From NCBI GenBank assembly GCA_000002445.1, contig CP000068.1, positions 1,152,001-1,216,000 of the forward strand: DNA of 64,000 nucleotides, read 5' to 3'. This stretch comes from Trypanosoma brucei. Lineage: Eukaryota. Positions 21,271-32,700 of the stretch are shown here, piece after piece. Both the position numbers and the translations under genes were made by a program. The notes beneath the pieces were generated by a model. That model was not told the DNA's origin and made no database searches. It saw nothing but the letters and a program-made list of their open reading frames with translations. Each line of letters starts with the position of its first letter. The first letter of the stretch is position 1.

Positions 21271-22440
21271 TTGAAACAAACATCCGTTGGTACAATGAGA
21301 CGGTTTGCACCACACCACATGCTGGTTACACGGAGTTTATGGCACTCTGCTGTCTTTTTTCGAGGACGGAGAGAAATGTTAAAACCCCTGGCGATGTCAT
21401 CAGAAACTCCCGCATGTGCTGTTGAGGAAGTTGCAACACATCCTCAAGTTTCAATTAATGAAAGTATTTGCAACTCACTTGACAACCTGCTCGGTGAAAC
21501 CGCTTCCCAGCGTGCTGCGGTTACGAGGGTCGGATCTCTACCATCATACTACAAACCGATGAACCTTCGTGGTGTATTGTATGAAGGCGATGTGGCACAA
21601 CAACTTGCGAATGCAGCGGAGTTACGAGGTTTCCGATCGCCTGTTTGGGCTACAAATGCATCATATATACGAGGGGGTTACACGGTGCTGGAATGTGAGG
21701 TTGGGGTTGAAGTGAGCACCTCGATGTTTAACGTGGTTCTTTACAACCTGCAGCAAACGAACTCTCCGGAGGCTGATTCATGCGTTGCGCTTGCGTCGGT
21801 GAAGGCCATGCCACTCTGCGCAACGGGGCGACCCTTCTCTCGAAGACTGCGGCTGGTGCTTATGAGTCACCCCTTCTATACACGATTCAAGTCACAATAT
21901 TGGGTAACTGAAGAGGAAGCTGCAGCACTTGGAACAATGGTGATGACAAGTGAGCGGGGGCGTTGTGTTCCCGTGCCCTGTCCTCCTACAGTGACTGAAA
22001 TGTCTTCCTCCACAAGCCGTGATCCTCGTGTTGAGGACAGCGATACTCCTCCAGGGGAATCTGCTGTTCCTTTGATGTTGTATAATGCGGAGCAATTGGA
22101 GAACCCCAATGCAGCAAGCAGTGAGACTTGTCCTCGAGTTGAATGCGTAAATGCCAATGGGAGGCGTTATAGCACTCTCTTGACTATTCACATGCGGCGG
22201 TATTGCCAACTGCACCAGTTGTGCACAGATCCCTTTGCAACATTTGTCACATGTGCCCGTCTCCGCTCTCTTGGAGGTGATATTGTACCTGGTGCCAGTG
22301 TTCCTCTTACTTTGGTTGTGAGAGATGAATTATTGACACTTTATCATGTGGATCAAACAACGATATCTAACACGTTATTTCAGCATGCCTTGTCTGGCCA
22401 GCGGAAGTGTATGGACCGGGTTTCTGTGATTCAAGTTTAG
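21271..22440 (+). CDS. Hypothetical protein with a probable mitochondrial presequence.
   Basis: The N-terminus 'MRRFAPHHMLVTRSLWHSAVFFRGRR' (from the second Met at 21295) is an Arg-rich, hydroxylated presequence with no acidic residues. A 389-codon ORF in polycistron orientation. No domain recognised. Confidence 0.5.
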   Translation: MKQTSVGTMRRFAPHHMLVTRSLWHSAVFFRGRREMLKPLAMSSETPACAVEEVATHPQVSINESICNSLDNLLGETASQRAAVTRVGSLPSYYKPMNLRGVLYEGDVAQQLANAAELRGFRSPVWATNASYIRGGYTVLECEVGVEVSTSMFNVVLYNLQQTNSPEADSCVALASVKAMPLCATGRPFSRRLRLVLMSHPFYTRFKSQYWVTEEEAAALGTMVMTSERGRCVPVPCPPTVTEMSSSTSRDPRVEDSDTPPGESAVPLMLYNAEQLENPNAASSETCPRVECVNANGRRYSTLLTIHMRRYCQLHQLCTDPFATFVTCARLRSLGGDIVPGASVPLTLVVRDELLTLYHVDQTTISNTLFQHALSGQRKCMDRVSVIQV

Positions 22441-23491
22441 AGTTTGCACTTGGGTGTGCTATTTTTTTTTGCCACCGTTACATGATCATTTCTTGCGGCA
22501 AACGTTTTCGGATATGTCATCCTTTTTTTTTGTCCCTTAATTTGGAATGGTTAGGACGGAAACAGCATATGGTTATAATTTATCACAGGTAATGTGTTTG
22601 TAACTTTGATGTCGCAGGCTGTCACAATATGATACACAATTTCTTGTATTCGTATTTGTATGTGTTTTCGTGTTTCTTTCTTTCTTTGTTTGTGTGTTAA
22701 GGTGGTAAGTTGCCATGCAGCATTTGTGCGGCTCAACAATTTTAGTTTCATATTTACTTTCTTTCGACTGGGTGTTGTTACCTATTGATTAGAGTTGTTT
22801 TTTAATTTTTTGCTTTTTGTTGATTGCAATACTACTTTACATACTTTTTTTTTTTAATTATCTGCATCTTCTTATTTTTGTGCTATTTTTTTTTTTGTTC
22901 CGCGCTTTTATGTTTATTCTGAGTGATGTATTTTTTTTGTTACTTCTTTTGCACTGTTTATTTTCTGTAACCTGTGCGGGTTGTGCTCCTTCACTGAAGT
23001 GGGCCTTACGTATGCACATTCTTATGGACATTTGCACTTGGGTTTGGCTATGAAGGCGGCTTGCTCTTACCTTATATTTTGATGAGTCTGAGAGCATTTT
23101 TTTTACTCTTGGAGGGACTATCATTTTATTTGCAGTTTTATGTAGTGGTGTTATTATAAATGGTGAGTTTTCTTTTTTTTTAAAAAAAACTATTCTTGTC
23201 GAAATATTTCTTATTTTGTATCTTTTTTTTTTGTTATAAGAGGATTTATAATATAATTCTATTTTGGGAGTGTAAAAAAAAAAAAATGGGGTTATTTGTG
23301 TATGTTATTTATTTATTATTTATATTTGCAAGCTTTTCTCTTTGTTCACACCTTTCAATGCTGTTGTTACTATTCCCCTTTTTTAAAGTTTATTTTTTCT
23401 TTCTTTCTTTTTCTTTTTTCTTTTTCTTTTTTATTTTGTTTTAGTGAGTGAAGTGGCCTTTTGACAGGACATACACTTTTTTTTTTTTGTC

Positions 23492-24745
23492 ATGAGTGTA
23501 TCTCGGGCACAAGTTGTGCTCATCGGTGTTTCGGGGTGCAGCGCATCGGGAAAATCGCTTGTATCGTCACGATTAGCTGCCATGTTGGGTTCTCCATTAT
23601 TTCCCGTTGCTATGGATTCGTTCTTTGATGAGGATGAATGTGAGCGATTGGGTGTATGGGAAGATCCCCGTTGCCTACGAGCTGCGGAATATACTCAATG
23701 CGTTGCTACAATTCGTGCATTAATTGAGCAATATGGCGTGGCAGCCGCACCACTGCATACCGTAAAGGATGCCGCACAGTTCCTTCGGTTTGAAGCAAGC
23801 TCAGCTGTGTCCCATCCTCCCATGCGCGAAAGCGCGGTCAGTTACACGGTTAAGTCCTATGGGGAGGCGTCGAAAAAGTGTGTTAGCGAAGCTAATAATA
23901 TAGTCCTCTCTTCCCTCTGCATGAATGACGCATGCGTCGCTGGTAACGCTGCAGATGGGACAGATGTGGCGTTGGAAAAGGTGTTTATTGTGTGTGAAGG
24001 GTTTTTAATTTTCGGTTATCCCGAATTATGCAACATGTTTGACTTCTTCGTTTTTGTTCACAGCGATAATGAAACAGCTTGCTTGCGTCGTTTCTTCCGC
24101 GGTTCGCGGCGGAAAAAGCGAAAACCACAAGGTGGCAATTGTGACCGCATCTTGCGCATGCGCACGTCCCGTGTTAACGCGGAACTCTGGAGTAGTGAAG
24201 GAGCTGCGGCAAATAAGACGCTTTCCCCTTCATTTTCATCCGTACTTCCGCATCTTAAATATATGCCACCGCAACCATCGTCTCCAAATGATTACCAGGG
24301 TTTCTGGCTTCAGAGCGAATACAAGGAATTACCGCCGCCGATGCCCTTTGGAATGAGTGGCTTAAAGGCTCCACCATATGACTGGCTGGAGGTGAAGGAC
24401 TTGCAGTATGTTAAACAAATGCTTCATCAATGGGCAAATGCGTCCTGCGTGGATGATGTCGAGGGTGTCCTCGGGCGTTATTTCGAATTTCGGTACTGGT
24501 TCTACTACGAAGTATTGTTTTATCACTATCAGTTGCGTGGGATTAGTGAAGAAAATGTGACAACGGCTTGCCAGGCGAAAGGTACCACAAAAACCTCCCC
24601 ATCCCAATCTGTGCTTCATATTAAAAATGACGCGAGCGTTTCGTGTGTTATGCTTGACAGTCAACTTTTAGCTTTAGCACAACAGGTTTCGGGAGATCTT
24701 ATTAATGGGGAAGGAGAGGTAAGATTACTTTTGGGGTGGAATTAA
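23492..24745 (+). CDS. P-loop nucleoside kinase of the uridine-kinase / nicotinamide-riboside-kinase (NRK) family (N-terminal ~230 aa) with a ~190-aa C-terminal extension of unknown function.
   Basis: Walker A 'VLIGVSGCSASGKSLVS'. 'VAMDSFFDED' resembles NRK1 'ISQDDFFKPE'. 'VFIVCEGFLIFGYPELCNMFDFFVFVHSDNETACLRRFFRGSRRK' resembles NRK/UK 'IIEGFLLF...FDxxxF...YEECKRRRSTR'. Confidence 0.55.
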   Translation: MSVSRAQVVLIGVSGCSASGKSLVSSRLAAMLGSPLFPVAMDSFFDEDECERLGVWEDPRCLRAAEYTQCVATIRALIEQYGVAAAPLHTVKDAAQFLRFEASSAVSHPPMRESAVSYTVKSYGEASKKCVSEANNIVLSSLCMNDACVAGNAADGTDVALEKVFIVCEGFLIFGYPELCNMFDFFVFVHSDNETACLRRFFRGSRRKKRKPQGGNCDRILRMRTSRVNAELWSSEGAAANKTLSPSFSSVLPHLKYMPPQPSSPNDYQGFWLQSEYKELPPPMPFGMSGLKAPPYDWLEVKDLQYVKQMLHQWANASCVDDVEGVLGRYFEFRYWFYYEVLFYHYQLRGISEENVTTACQAKGTTKTSPSQSVLHIKNDASVSCVMLDSQLLALAQQVSGDLINGEGEVRLLLGWN

Positions 24746-26513
24746 GAAGAGGGAATACATGAGCGCATAAATGAGCGAATATTTATTTCTATATATATGT
24801 GACTTAATCAGTCATTAAAGTAGGAAACGGAATAGATGAAAGCAAAACTAGAGGGAAGGTGTAGCAGAAAAACGAAAAAAAAGAATAGGGGAAAACATTT
24901 TTTTTTCTTTAGGAAAGGTTTATTTTCGTTTTCCTTGATTCCATTTTCTGTTTTTTTTTTCTTTCCTGCTTCCTTCAGTTTAGTGCTGTTAAACGACCCA
25001 AGAAGTGAAGAAGAGGAAGGGGAGGCGGATGGGTGGTAACACCTGACTTTATGTGTAAAGCTACTGTCGTGTACGATTTAGCGAAGCGAGATGTGGGTAA
25101 CACATTCATTTAATGTGATGCTTCGCTTTTACTCGATTTCTCAAGTTTGTGCCTCTCTTCTCCCTTCTCTTCCCTTTACGTTCTTCTAATTCCTCTTTTT
25201 TCTTCTTCTTTTTTGAATATTCGCCTTCAAACGTGTTTTTTGAGGCGCTCTTTCTTCTTCCTTTTCTTGTCGCTAGCGGTTTCTCTTGTTCAACGTTCCC
25301 CCATAGTGTTCGTCTGTATTTTTCTCCCGCATGTACGTGTTTATTTCGTGTTGTATTCATCAATCAGTGGGGCAGTTTATATTTCGTGTTACTCACTGAT
25401 TTTTATTGTCATTTCTTTTTAGAGGAGCAGCGCAAGTGTAAGCACGTAGTTCTTTATGTCTTTCATTATCCCTTTCTTTTATGTTTTTTTTTCACTCTTT
25501 CTTTGTTTCGATTTTACGTCGTTGCGGCTGCGTTGTAAGTTGAGGGGTTAGGAGGAGATTAGGAAAGCTGTGTCCACTTTTACGGTATAATCTTGCCGTT
25601 GAATTTTCTTTTTTATTGTTGTTCTCTTCTTCTTCTACTCAGAAACTAAGGTTATATGAAATTCTTCTCGATGTAGTTCCCTTTACATTTCATTTTTTTT
25701 ACTATTATTACTATTATTACCATTTATTTATTTCACTTCTCGGAGTTGTTATTGTTGGGTGCCTTTTTTGTTTTTTTGTTTTTGCAGCGGTGCTCAGATT
25801 CGGCATGAAAGAAGCATGTGGTGTGAAGAGGTGAAATGAACCGGAAGCTTAAAGGAAAAAAAGAAAAGAAAAAGAAATATCAGCATCTTGGTGAGAAGTA
25901 TTTGTGTGTGCGTTTGTTTGCTTCTTTGTTTTCTTTTTTTCTTTCTTTTTTTTTTTGTTTCACCAGCCTTCGTTTCTGTGCTTGAAGTTTTTTTTTGTTA
26001 TATCCGACGAAGGTAAAGTAGTGTCACTGATGCACATTTCCTTTGCTGATTTCTCTTCGGTTGCTCACAGCTTTCGCAAGGGTTCGGATGAATTCCTACC
26101 TGTTTATTTTTATTACGCCCTCTCTTTGAATTACACACTTTTTCGCTAATGCTCGCATTTTTCCAAATGAGGCGTCACAAATTTTACTCATGATCTTTTT
26201 TTTTTCGTTATTTCCTAAACCTCTCGTCACACCTTCTCTCCGTTTCTCTATTCTTCTTTTTTTAAAAAAAAAAATAATGTCTTTACGTTATTGCACCATT
26301 GAGTTTAGCGCGTTAGTTTCTGTTGTTGTTTTTTCGTTGCTCCGCGGCTGTTTGCTCCCGCCTCTTTTTCACTTCCTTCACAACGTGTTGGAAACGCGGG
26401 AAGTCATTAAATTTAAAAAATAATCCTATCGCACGAGGTTTTGGTTGTCGGTGAGGCTTCCATTATTCTCTTAGGCTTCGTTTCACACATAAGAAAGCAC
26501 AGAAGCAAATATT

Positions 26514-26538
26514 ATATATATATATATATATATATATT
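26514..26538. repeat. (TA)n microsatellite.
   Basis: tatatatatatatatatatatatat, upstream of the tetraspanin-like gene. Confidence 0.9.
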
Positions 26539-26643
26539 ATATTTATTTATAAATACTGATCGATATTCCAATCCAAAGAGGAAGGAAAATATTACTCGCA
26601 TCGAAAAGGTTGAAATAGAAAGGCACATAAATAAACACAAACG

Positions 26644-27435
26644 ATGAAAGTAGAATCACCTCATTCGAACTATCAGCCACTTAACAGCGAGGAAGGAAGG
26701 TGGTTTCACCGGATACGAAACTTTATTATGGGAATAAACGTGTTTTTAATGGCATTTGCAGTTAGTGGACTTGTCGTTGGTTTCATAGAACTCGATGAAA
26801 TCGACTCTGCCATCAGGGAAATATGTTCTTCTTGTCAACACGCTCACGTCATTTACATGTCGAGTTTTGGTGCCCTTTTGTTATTATCTTTTCTGGGATT
26901 TGTTGCCCTTCATACGCGTAAGAGATGTTTGAGGATCTTGAACACTACGTGTTTGGTACTGGTGTTTATTCCATTAGTTTTCGGTTCAGTTTTATATGTT
27001 TTAATGAGCACGGAGCACATTAACATGCAATACGGGTGGAATTTGGTGGTTGCTGAGCGCAGTGACGACATGTGCAAGTTGGAGTTGCAATGGAAATGTT
27101 CTGGATGGAATAAACTATGTGCAACTCATTCCACTATTGGTTTGATAGATTTAAAACCGCTGGAGGGGACCGAAAAGGAAAATATCATTAATAACTTAAG
27201 TGTCGTTACGAATACCACGTCGTACTGCTCGGGGGCTGATGAAATATGTGCTTGTCCAATATGCACTGAAGATGACCAGAAATATATTGATAAGTTTGAC
27301 CAAACGTGTGAAATGGTTGTTATGGGTGCACTGCGATCACACTTGATTGTATTTCTTTTTGTGTCGCTTTGCGTAGTAGTTTTAACCGGCGCCGGTATTG
27401 TGGTGTCTGTTGCATATCCTCATGCAGAGTCGTGA
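26644..27435 (+). CDS. Four-TM membrane protein with a Cys-rich extracellular loop (tetraspanin-like topology).
   Basis: TM1 'INVFLMAFAVSGLVVGFI', TM2 'ALLLLSFLGFVALH', TM3 'LVLVFIPLVFGSVLYVLM', TM4 'LIVFLFVSLCVVVLTGAGIVVSV'. The loop between TM3 and TM4 carries 'CKLELQWKCSGWNKLCATHS...YCSGADEICACPICTEDDQKYIDKFDQTCE' (10 Cys). Confidence 0.5.
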   Translation: MKVESPHSNYQPLNSEEGRWFHRIRNFIMGINVFLMAFAVSGLVVGFIELDEIDSAIREICSSCQHAHVIYMSSFGALLLLSFLGFVALHTRKRCLRILNTTCLVLVFIPLVFGSVLYVLMSTEHINMQYGWNLVVAERSDDMCKLELQWKCSGWNKLCATHSTIGLIDLKPLEGTEKENIINNLSVVTNTTSYCSGADEICACPICTEDDQKYIDKFDQTCEMVVMGALRSHLIVFLFVSLCVVVLTGAGIVVSVAYPHAES

Positions 27436-29452
27436 ACCCTGAGAGTTCTCATCGCCAAAGCAGGATGGAAATTGGCGAGATTGTTTCGAGAGGCAGCAAG
27501 AAGGAAACAGCAATGTAAATGTGCACAATATTTATGCACACGCTTACTTTTCTTTTTTTCTTTTTTTTTCTCTTTGTTGATGTTTTTGTTCTCAGGCTCA
27601 ATTGTCCTGCCCTTTTCCTCTCTAGTATCACTCTCCAAATTTATTTCTCCCTCCCCTCCCCCTTCCACCCCGTATTAGTCGCATGCTTCTAACTTGTTAT
27701 TAACGTGCGTGCACATGTGTGTCTCATGCAGATATGCGTATATGAGTAAATATTGGTCTGCACACATCCACATGTATTTGATCTTATGCATAATTATATC
27801 TAATTAGAAGTCATATAATTATATATAATTATGTGGGCGTGTCACACGTGTGCTTGTTGTTTTTCACATGTAATGGCTGTGTGGACGCAACCGAACATAG
27901 CATTTGAGGCTATATATTTTATTTTTATTTTTATTTTTGCAGAGTTAGAAAAGTCATCGAGTGTGTCTGGCAAGCGACTGTGGAAAAGGTACACATATGA
28001 GGGAGTAAAGAAAGAAGAAAGAGCGATCTTACTTTAAGCAGCAGTATTCTGAAAGGGGGAAAAATTTAAAGGGATTTATTATGTTTTGTTTGTTTTCGAT
28101 TTTGTTTTTTTTTTAAACTTTTTGGGTGTTACTTCCGCTCCTTCGAGATGTGTAAAAGCGAAGGAAGCGGGGGAAAAAAAGGTGGTGGTGGCGATATTCA
28201 TTTGAAGCAAAAGGTGGAAGAAAATGTTTTGTTTTTGCACATTTTAAAAAGAATAATGGATGTAAGTTAGAAATGATGGGATCGTATAAAATGGAAATTT
28301 AAAAAAATCCATACGGAGTTAAACCTAATTAGCCCTCTATACGCACAAATAAACGAAGAATAAAAAAAAACAAAACAAAACAAGCAGATGCATATAGTAT
28401 ATGTATACAAATAGTATTTTTGATATATTGCGTGTAATTTGGTATGGATTCTGTATTCCATTGGTTTGGTATAAGCACATGTCAGTAGAAAAAATAACTG
28501 ACTACTGAAATCTCGTCTCTCGTATCTCTTTCCCCCTTCCTTCCTTCCTTCCTTTTTCTCCGCGGGATTTTCTTTTTGTTCTTTCCGTAATTTTTTCTTC
28601 TCATTATCCCTTTCGGTCGTACAGATAATGTCTTTTGTTATTGTTATTGTTATTATTATTATTGTTCGCTATTTGTGTTTGTGTCCCCACTTGTACTTAT
28701 TTCTTCCTTTGATCTCGTGTCATGCACTCATCATTTCTATTTTTTTTTTTATCTCCACCTTATTTATTATTACTCCCTTACTCTTCCTTTTATTCCTTTT
28801 TGTTACTAAGGCTCAAGCAATCGCTTATTACAGGGGAATAAACGAAAGGGAAGTGCCGCGAAGGGAAAACAAAAGTAAATTCTTTTTTTTTTAAAGAAGA
28901 AAAAGGGAATAAAAGTGAGAAGTTAAAAAAAAAAAAGGAGGCACGTTGGGTTGCGAAGGAATAATAAGTGTAGGTAATATATATTTACTTCTGTAAGTAC
29001 ATAAGTTTTCATTTTTGTTTTTTTTGTTGTTGTTGGTATCTGTGTGTTTGCGTGTTCTCTCTAAGTTTGTTTACACGACTTCTTTCCGAGTAAGAAACAT
29101 ATCATACCTATACACACCTACGCTAAGAAGTAAAGAAAGAAGGGAAAAAAAAAAAGTAAAAAGTAAACAAAAGGGGAAAGTCGAAGACACGGGACTGGAG
29201 AAGGTTTTCACCGTCATTATTGCGTAAGGAAAACGAAGTCGAATACAGAACAAGAAAAAAAAACAAAAGAGAAAAGTAGAGATTTTTTCTTTTGTTTTCT
29301 TGATTTCCGTATATCGGCAAGTAGACAACAGGAAGCACATTACAAAGAAGTAAGTGAATAGGGTGAATAAATAAAGTCAAGTTCGAAGAGCGCGTTCGTC
29401 TACACCCCAGTTCCGATACTATTTTCCCCTAAGCAATCACACATTTTGTAAA

Positions 29453-29473
29453 CCTTTTTTTTCCCTCCTTGAG
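29453..29473 (+). promoter_or_regulatory. Polypyrimidine tract plus AG upstream of CPSII: a candidate trans-splice acceptor.
   Basis: 'cctttttttttccctccttgag' followed by an A13 run, ~300 nt upstream of the CPSII ATG. Confidence 0.35.
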
Positions 29474-29781
29474 TGGAATCCAAAAAAAAAAAAAGCACAA
29501 GTGGGAGGCACCAGGCCGAGAGGAAACACGCAAGGAATCGAACGAGTGACACAAAAAGTTGTTGTTGTTTTGGTCCACCGCACGCGTGACTAAACCCTCA
29601 TCGCAACCCTGAGGGTGTCGGCATTTCCCGTGAGTTCAAGGCGTTTTTTTGGGTGTTGTACAGTTACACTCACTGTAGTAAGTTCAGCATTACTGACACA
29701 ATATAATCACTAATAATATTATCAGCGACAGAAGAAACCCATTAGTGCGGCGGAACACTCCTCCGACACCACATAACAGAG

Positions 29782-32700
29782 ATGAAAATAGGAACAAAAG
29801 CTGAGCTCATTTTGCACGGGGGCGAATGTTTTAGCGGAGTTTCATTTGGTTATGAAGAAAGCGTTGCGGGAGAGGTTGTTTTTACCACAGGAATGGTTGG
29901 TTATCCTGAAAGTCTTACGGACCCTTCGTATCACGGTCAGATATTAGTGCTTACCGCACCCATGGTCGGAAATTATGGAATCCCTCCACTGGAGACGGAT
30001 CCTTTTGGAGTAACAAAATACTTCGAGAGCATGAATGGGGAGATTCGTGTGAGTGCGCTCGTCGTTTGCGAATGTTGTGAAGAACCTTCGCATTGGCAGA
30101 TGTATGAGACACTTGGTGCATGGCTAAAGCGAAATAAGGTACCAGGAATCATGATGGTGGACACTCGCAGTGTTGTACTGAGACTTCGGGAAATGGGTAC
30201 AGCTCTGGGAAAGGTTGTTATCAACGGCGCTGATGTGCCTTTTGTGGATCCTAATACACGCAACTTGGTAGAAGAAGTGAGCACAATAGCCCCTCAGTCC
30301 TATGGGCATGGTACATTGAGGATCCTCGTTATTGATATGGGTGTAAAATTAAATTCGTTGAGGTGCTTACTGCGGTATGATGTCACACTTACTGTTGTGC
30401 CACATGATTGGGATATAACGAAGGAAACATATGATGGTTTATTCATTTCTAACGGGCCAGGTAATCCTCAACTGTGTACCAAAACGATTGAAAATGTGCG
30501 ATGGGCTCTCACTCAAGAAAAACCGATATTCGGTGTTTGCATGGGTAATCACATGTTGGCCCTCGCAGCAGGAGGAACGACGTACAAGATGAAGTTTGGT
30601 CACCGAGGTCAGAACCAGCCATCGACATCCAATCAAGATGGACGTGTAGTAATTACAACGCAAAATCACGGGTTTGCCGTAGATTTCAAATCGTTGCCGC
30701 AGGGTGATTGGGAAGAGTACTTCTTTAACCCCAATGATCAATGTAATGAAGGGTTACGGCACCGCACGAAGCCCTTTTCATCAGTTCAGTTTCACCCTGA
30801 GGGTTGCTGTGGTCCACAGGACACCGAGTACCTTTTCGGAGAGTTTATTGACCAGGTGAAGCGTTCAAAAACGAAGTTGGCAGCACAGTTTAAACCCCGC
30901 AAGGTTTTGGTATTGGGTGCTGGCGGCATTGTTATTGCCCAAGCTGGCGAATTCGACTACAGCGGCTCCCAGTGCTTAAAGGCTCTGAGAGAGGAAGGTG
31001 TGAAGTCTATATTGGTTAATCCCAACATTGCCACTGTGCAGACAGATGATGAAATGGCTGACCAAGTGTATTTTGTACCCGTCACTCCTGAAGCTGTGGA
31101 ACGAGTGATTGAGAAGGAGCGTCCAGATGGTATTATGCTCGGATGGGGCGGGCAAACAGCACTCAACTGTGGGTTGCAGTTGGACAAACTTGGTGTCCTC
31201 AAAAAGTACAATGTGCAGGTTCTTGGAACAGCTATATCTACAATCACTGTGACCGAGGATAGGGAGCTCTTCCGCAACGCGCTTTTGCAGATAAATGAGC
31301 CTGTGGCAAAGTCCGTAGCAGTGACCAGTGTGGCGGAGGCATTAAAAGCAGCGGCAGACATCGGATTTCCAATGATGGTGCGAGCGGCTTTTTGCCTCGG
31401 TGGTCAAGGTAGCGGCATTGTAAATAGTGAAGAGGAACTGAGTAATAAAGTTGAGGTTGCCCTTACTGTGGCACCTCAAGTCTTACTTGAGGAAAGCGTT
31501 GCTGGTTGGAAGGAGATCGAGTACGAAATTGTCCGTGATATCCATGATAATTGCATTACGGTGTGCAACATGGAGAATTTTGACCCCATGGGCGTCCACA
31601 CAGGGGAGTCCATTGTTGTGGCCCCGTCTCAAACTTTGACAAACGAGGAATATCACATGTTGCGTACCGCAGCGATCAAAATCATCCGTCACCTTGGCGT
31701 GGTGGGCGAGTGCAACATTCAATACGGTTTGGAACCCCACTCGCGTCGTTACGTTGTTATTGAGGTAAACGCCCGCCTCTCACGTTCCTCCGCACTTGCG
31801 TCTAAGGCCACGGGTTATCCACTCGCACACGTTGCAACCAAAATAGCCCTTGGTAAGGGTCTGTTTGAAATTAAGAATGGTGTTACAAAAACAACGATGG
31901 CTTGCTTTGAACCCAGTCTTGATTACGTCACCGTCAAGGCTCCCCGTTGGGATGTGGCAAAGTTCAATATGGTGAGTCAAGAGATCGGGTCCATGATGAA
32001 GAGTGTTGGTGAAGTAATGGCCATCGGTCGTACATTTGAGGAGGCCGTGCAGAAGGCACTGCGAATGGTGGATCCATCGAATAACGGCTTTGACACTCCC
32101 AAAAGACTTGCTGAAATGGGTGACAAGTGGGACTACATGCGGGCGCTGCGCGTTCCTACGCCAGATCGCATCTTTGCGATTTGCCGTGCCTTGAAGGAAG
32201 GCATCACAGTGGATGAAATACATCGGTTAACTCGCATCGACAAATTTTTCCTCAACAAGTTACAACTCCTGATCGAGATGCAGAGGGAACTGACCACGCT
32301 ATACAGGGGTAAACTGGACACAATCACATATGACCACCTCCTTGCTATGAAAGCGCACGGTTTCAGCGACGTTCAGATTGCTGAGTACCTCCAGTGCACA
32401 ACTGACGATGTACGGAAACGGCGCTACAAGTTGAACATTACCCCCAAGGTGAAGCAAATCGATACAGTCGCTGGCGAATACCCCGCCGCGCAGTGTTGCT
32501 ATTTATACACCACCTACAACGCACAACACGATGATGTCGAATTCAACGATCGTATGTACGCCGTGCTTGGTTGTGGTGTGTACCGGATTGGCAGCAGCGT
32601 GGAGTTTGACTACGGTGGTGTCTTAGTCGCTCGTGAGCTCCGTCGACTCGGTAACAAAGTGATTTTGATTAATTATAACCCCGAAACAGTGTCCACAGAT

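Noticed and set aside
25106-25538. ORFs reading poly-Phe/poly-Lys (e.g. 25149-25538 + and 25106-25363 -) in the 1.9-kb gap after the kinase gene.
   Set aside because: They are translations of T-rich or A-rich simple sequence, not genes.
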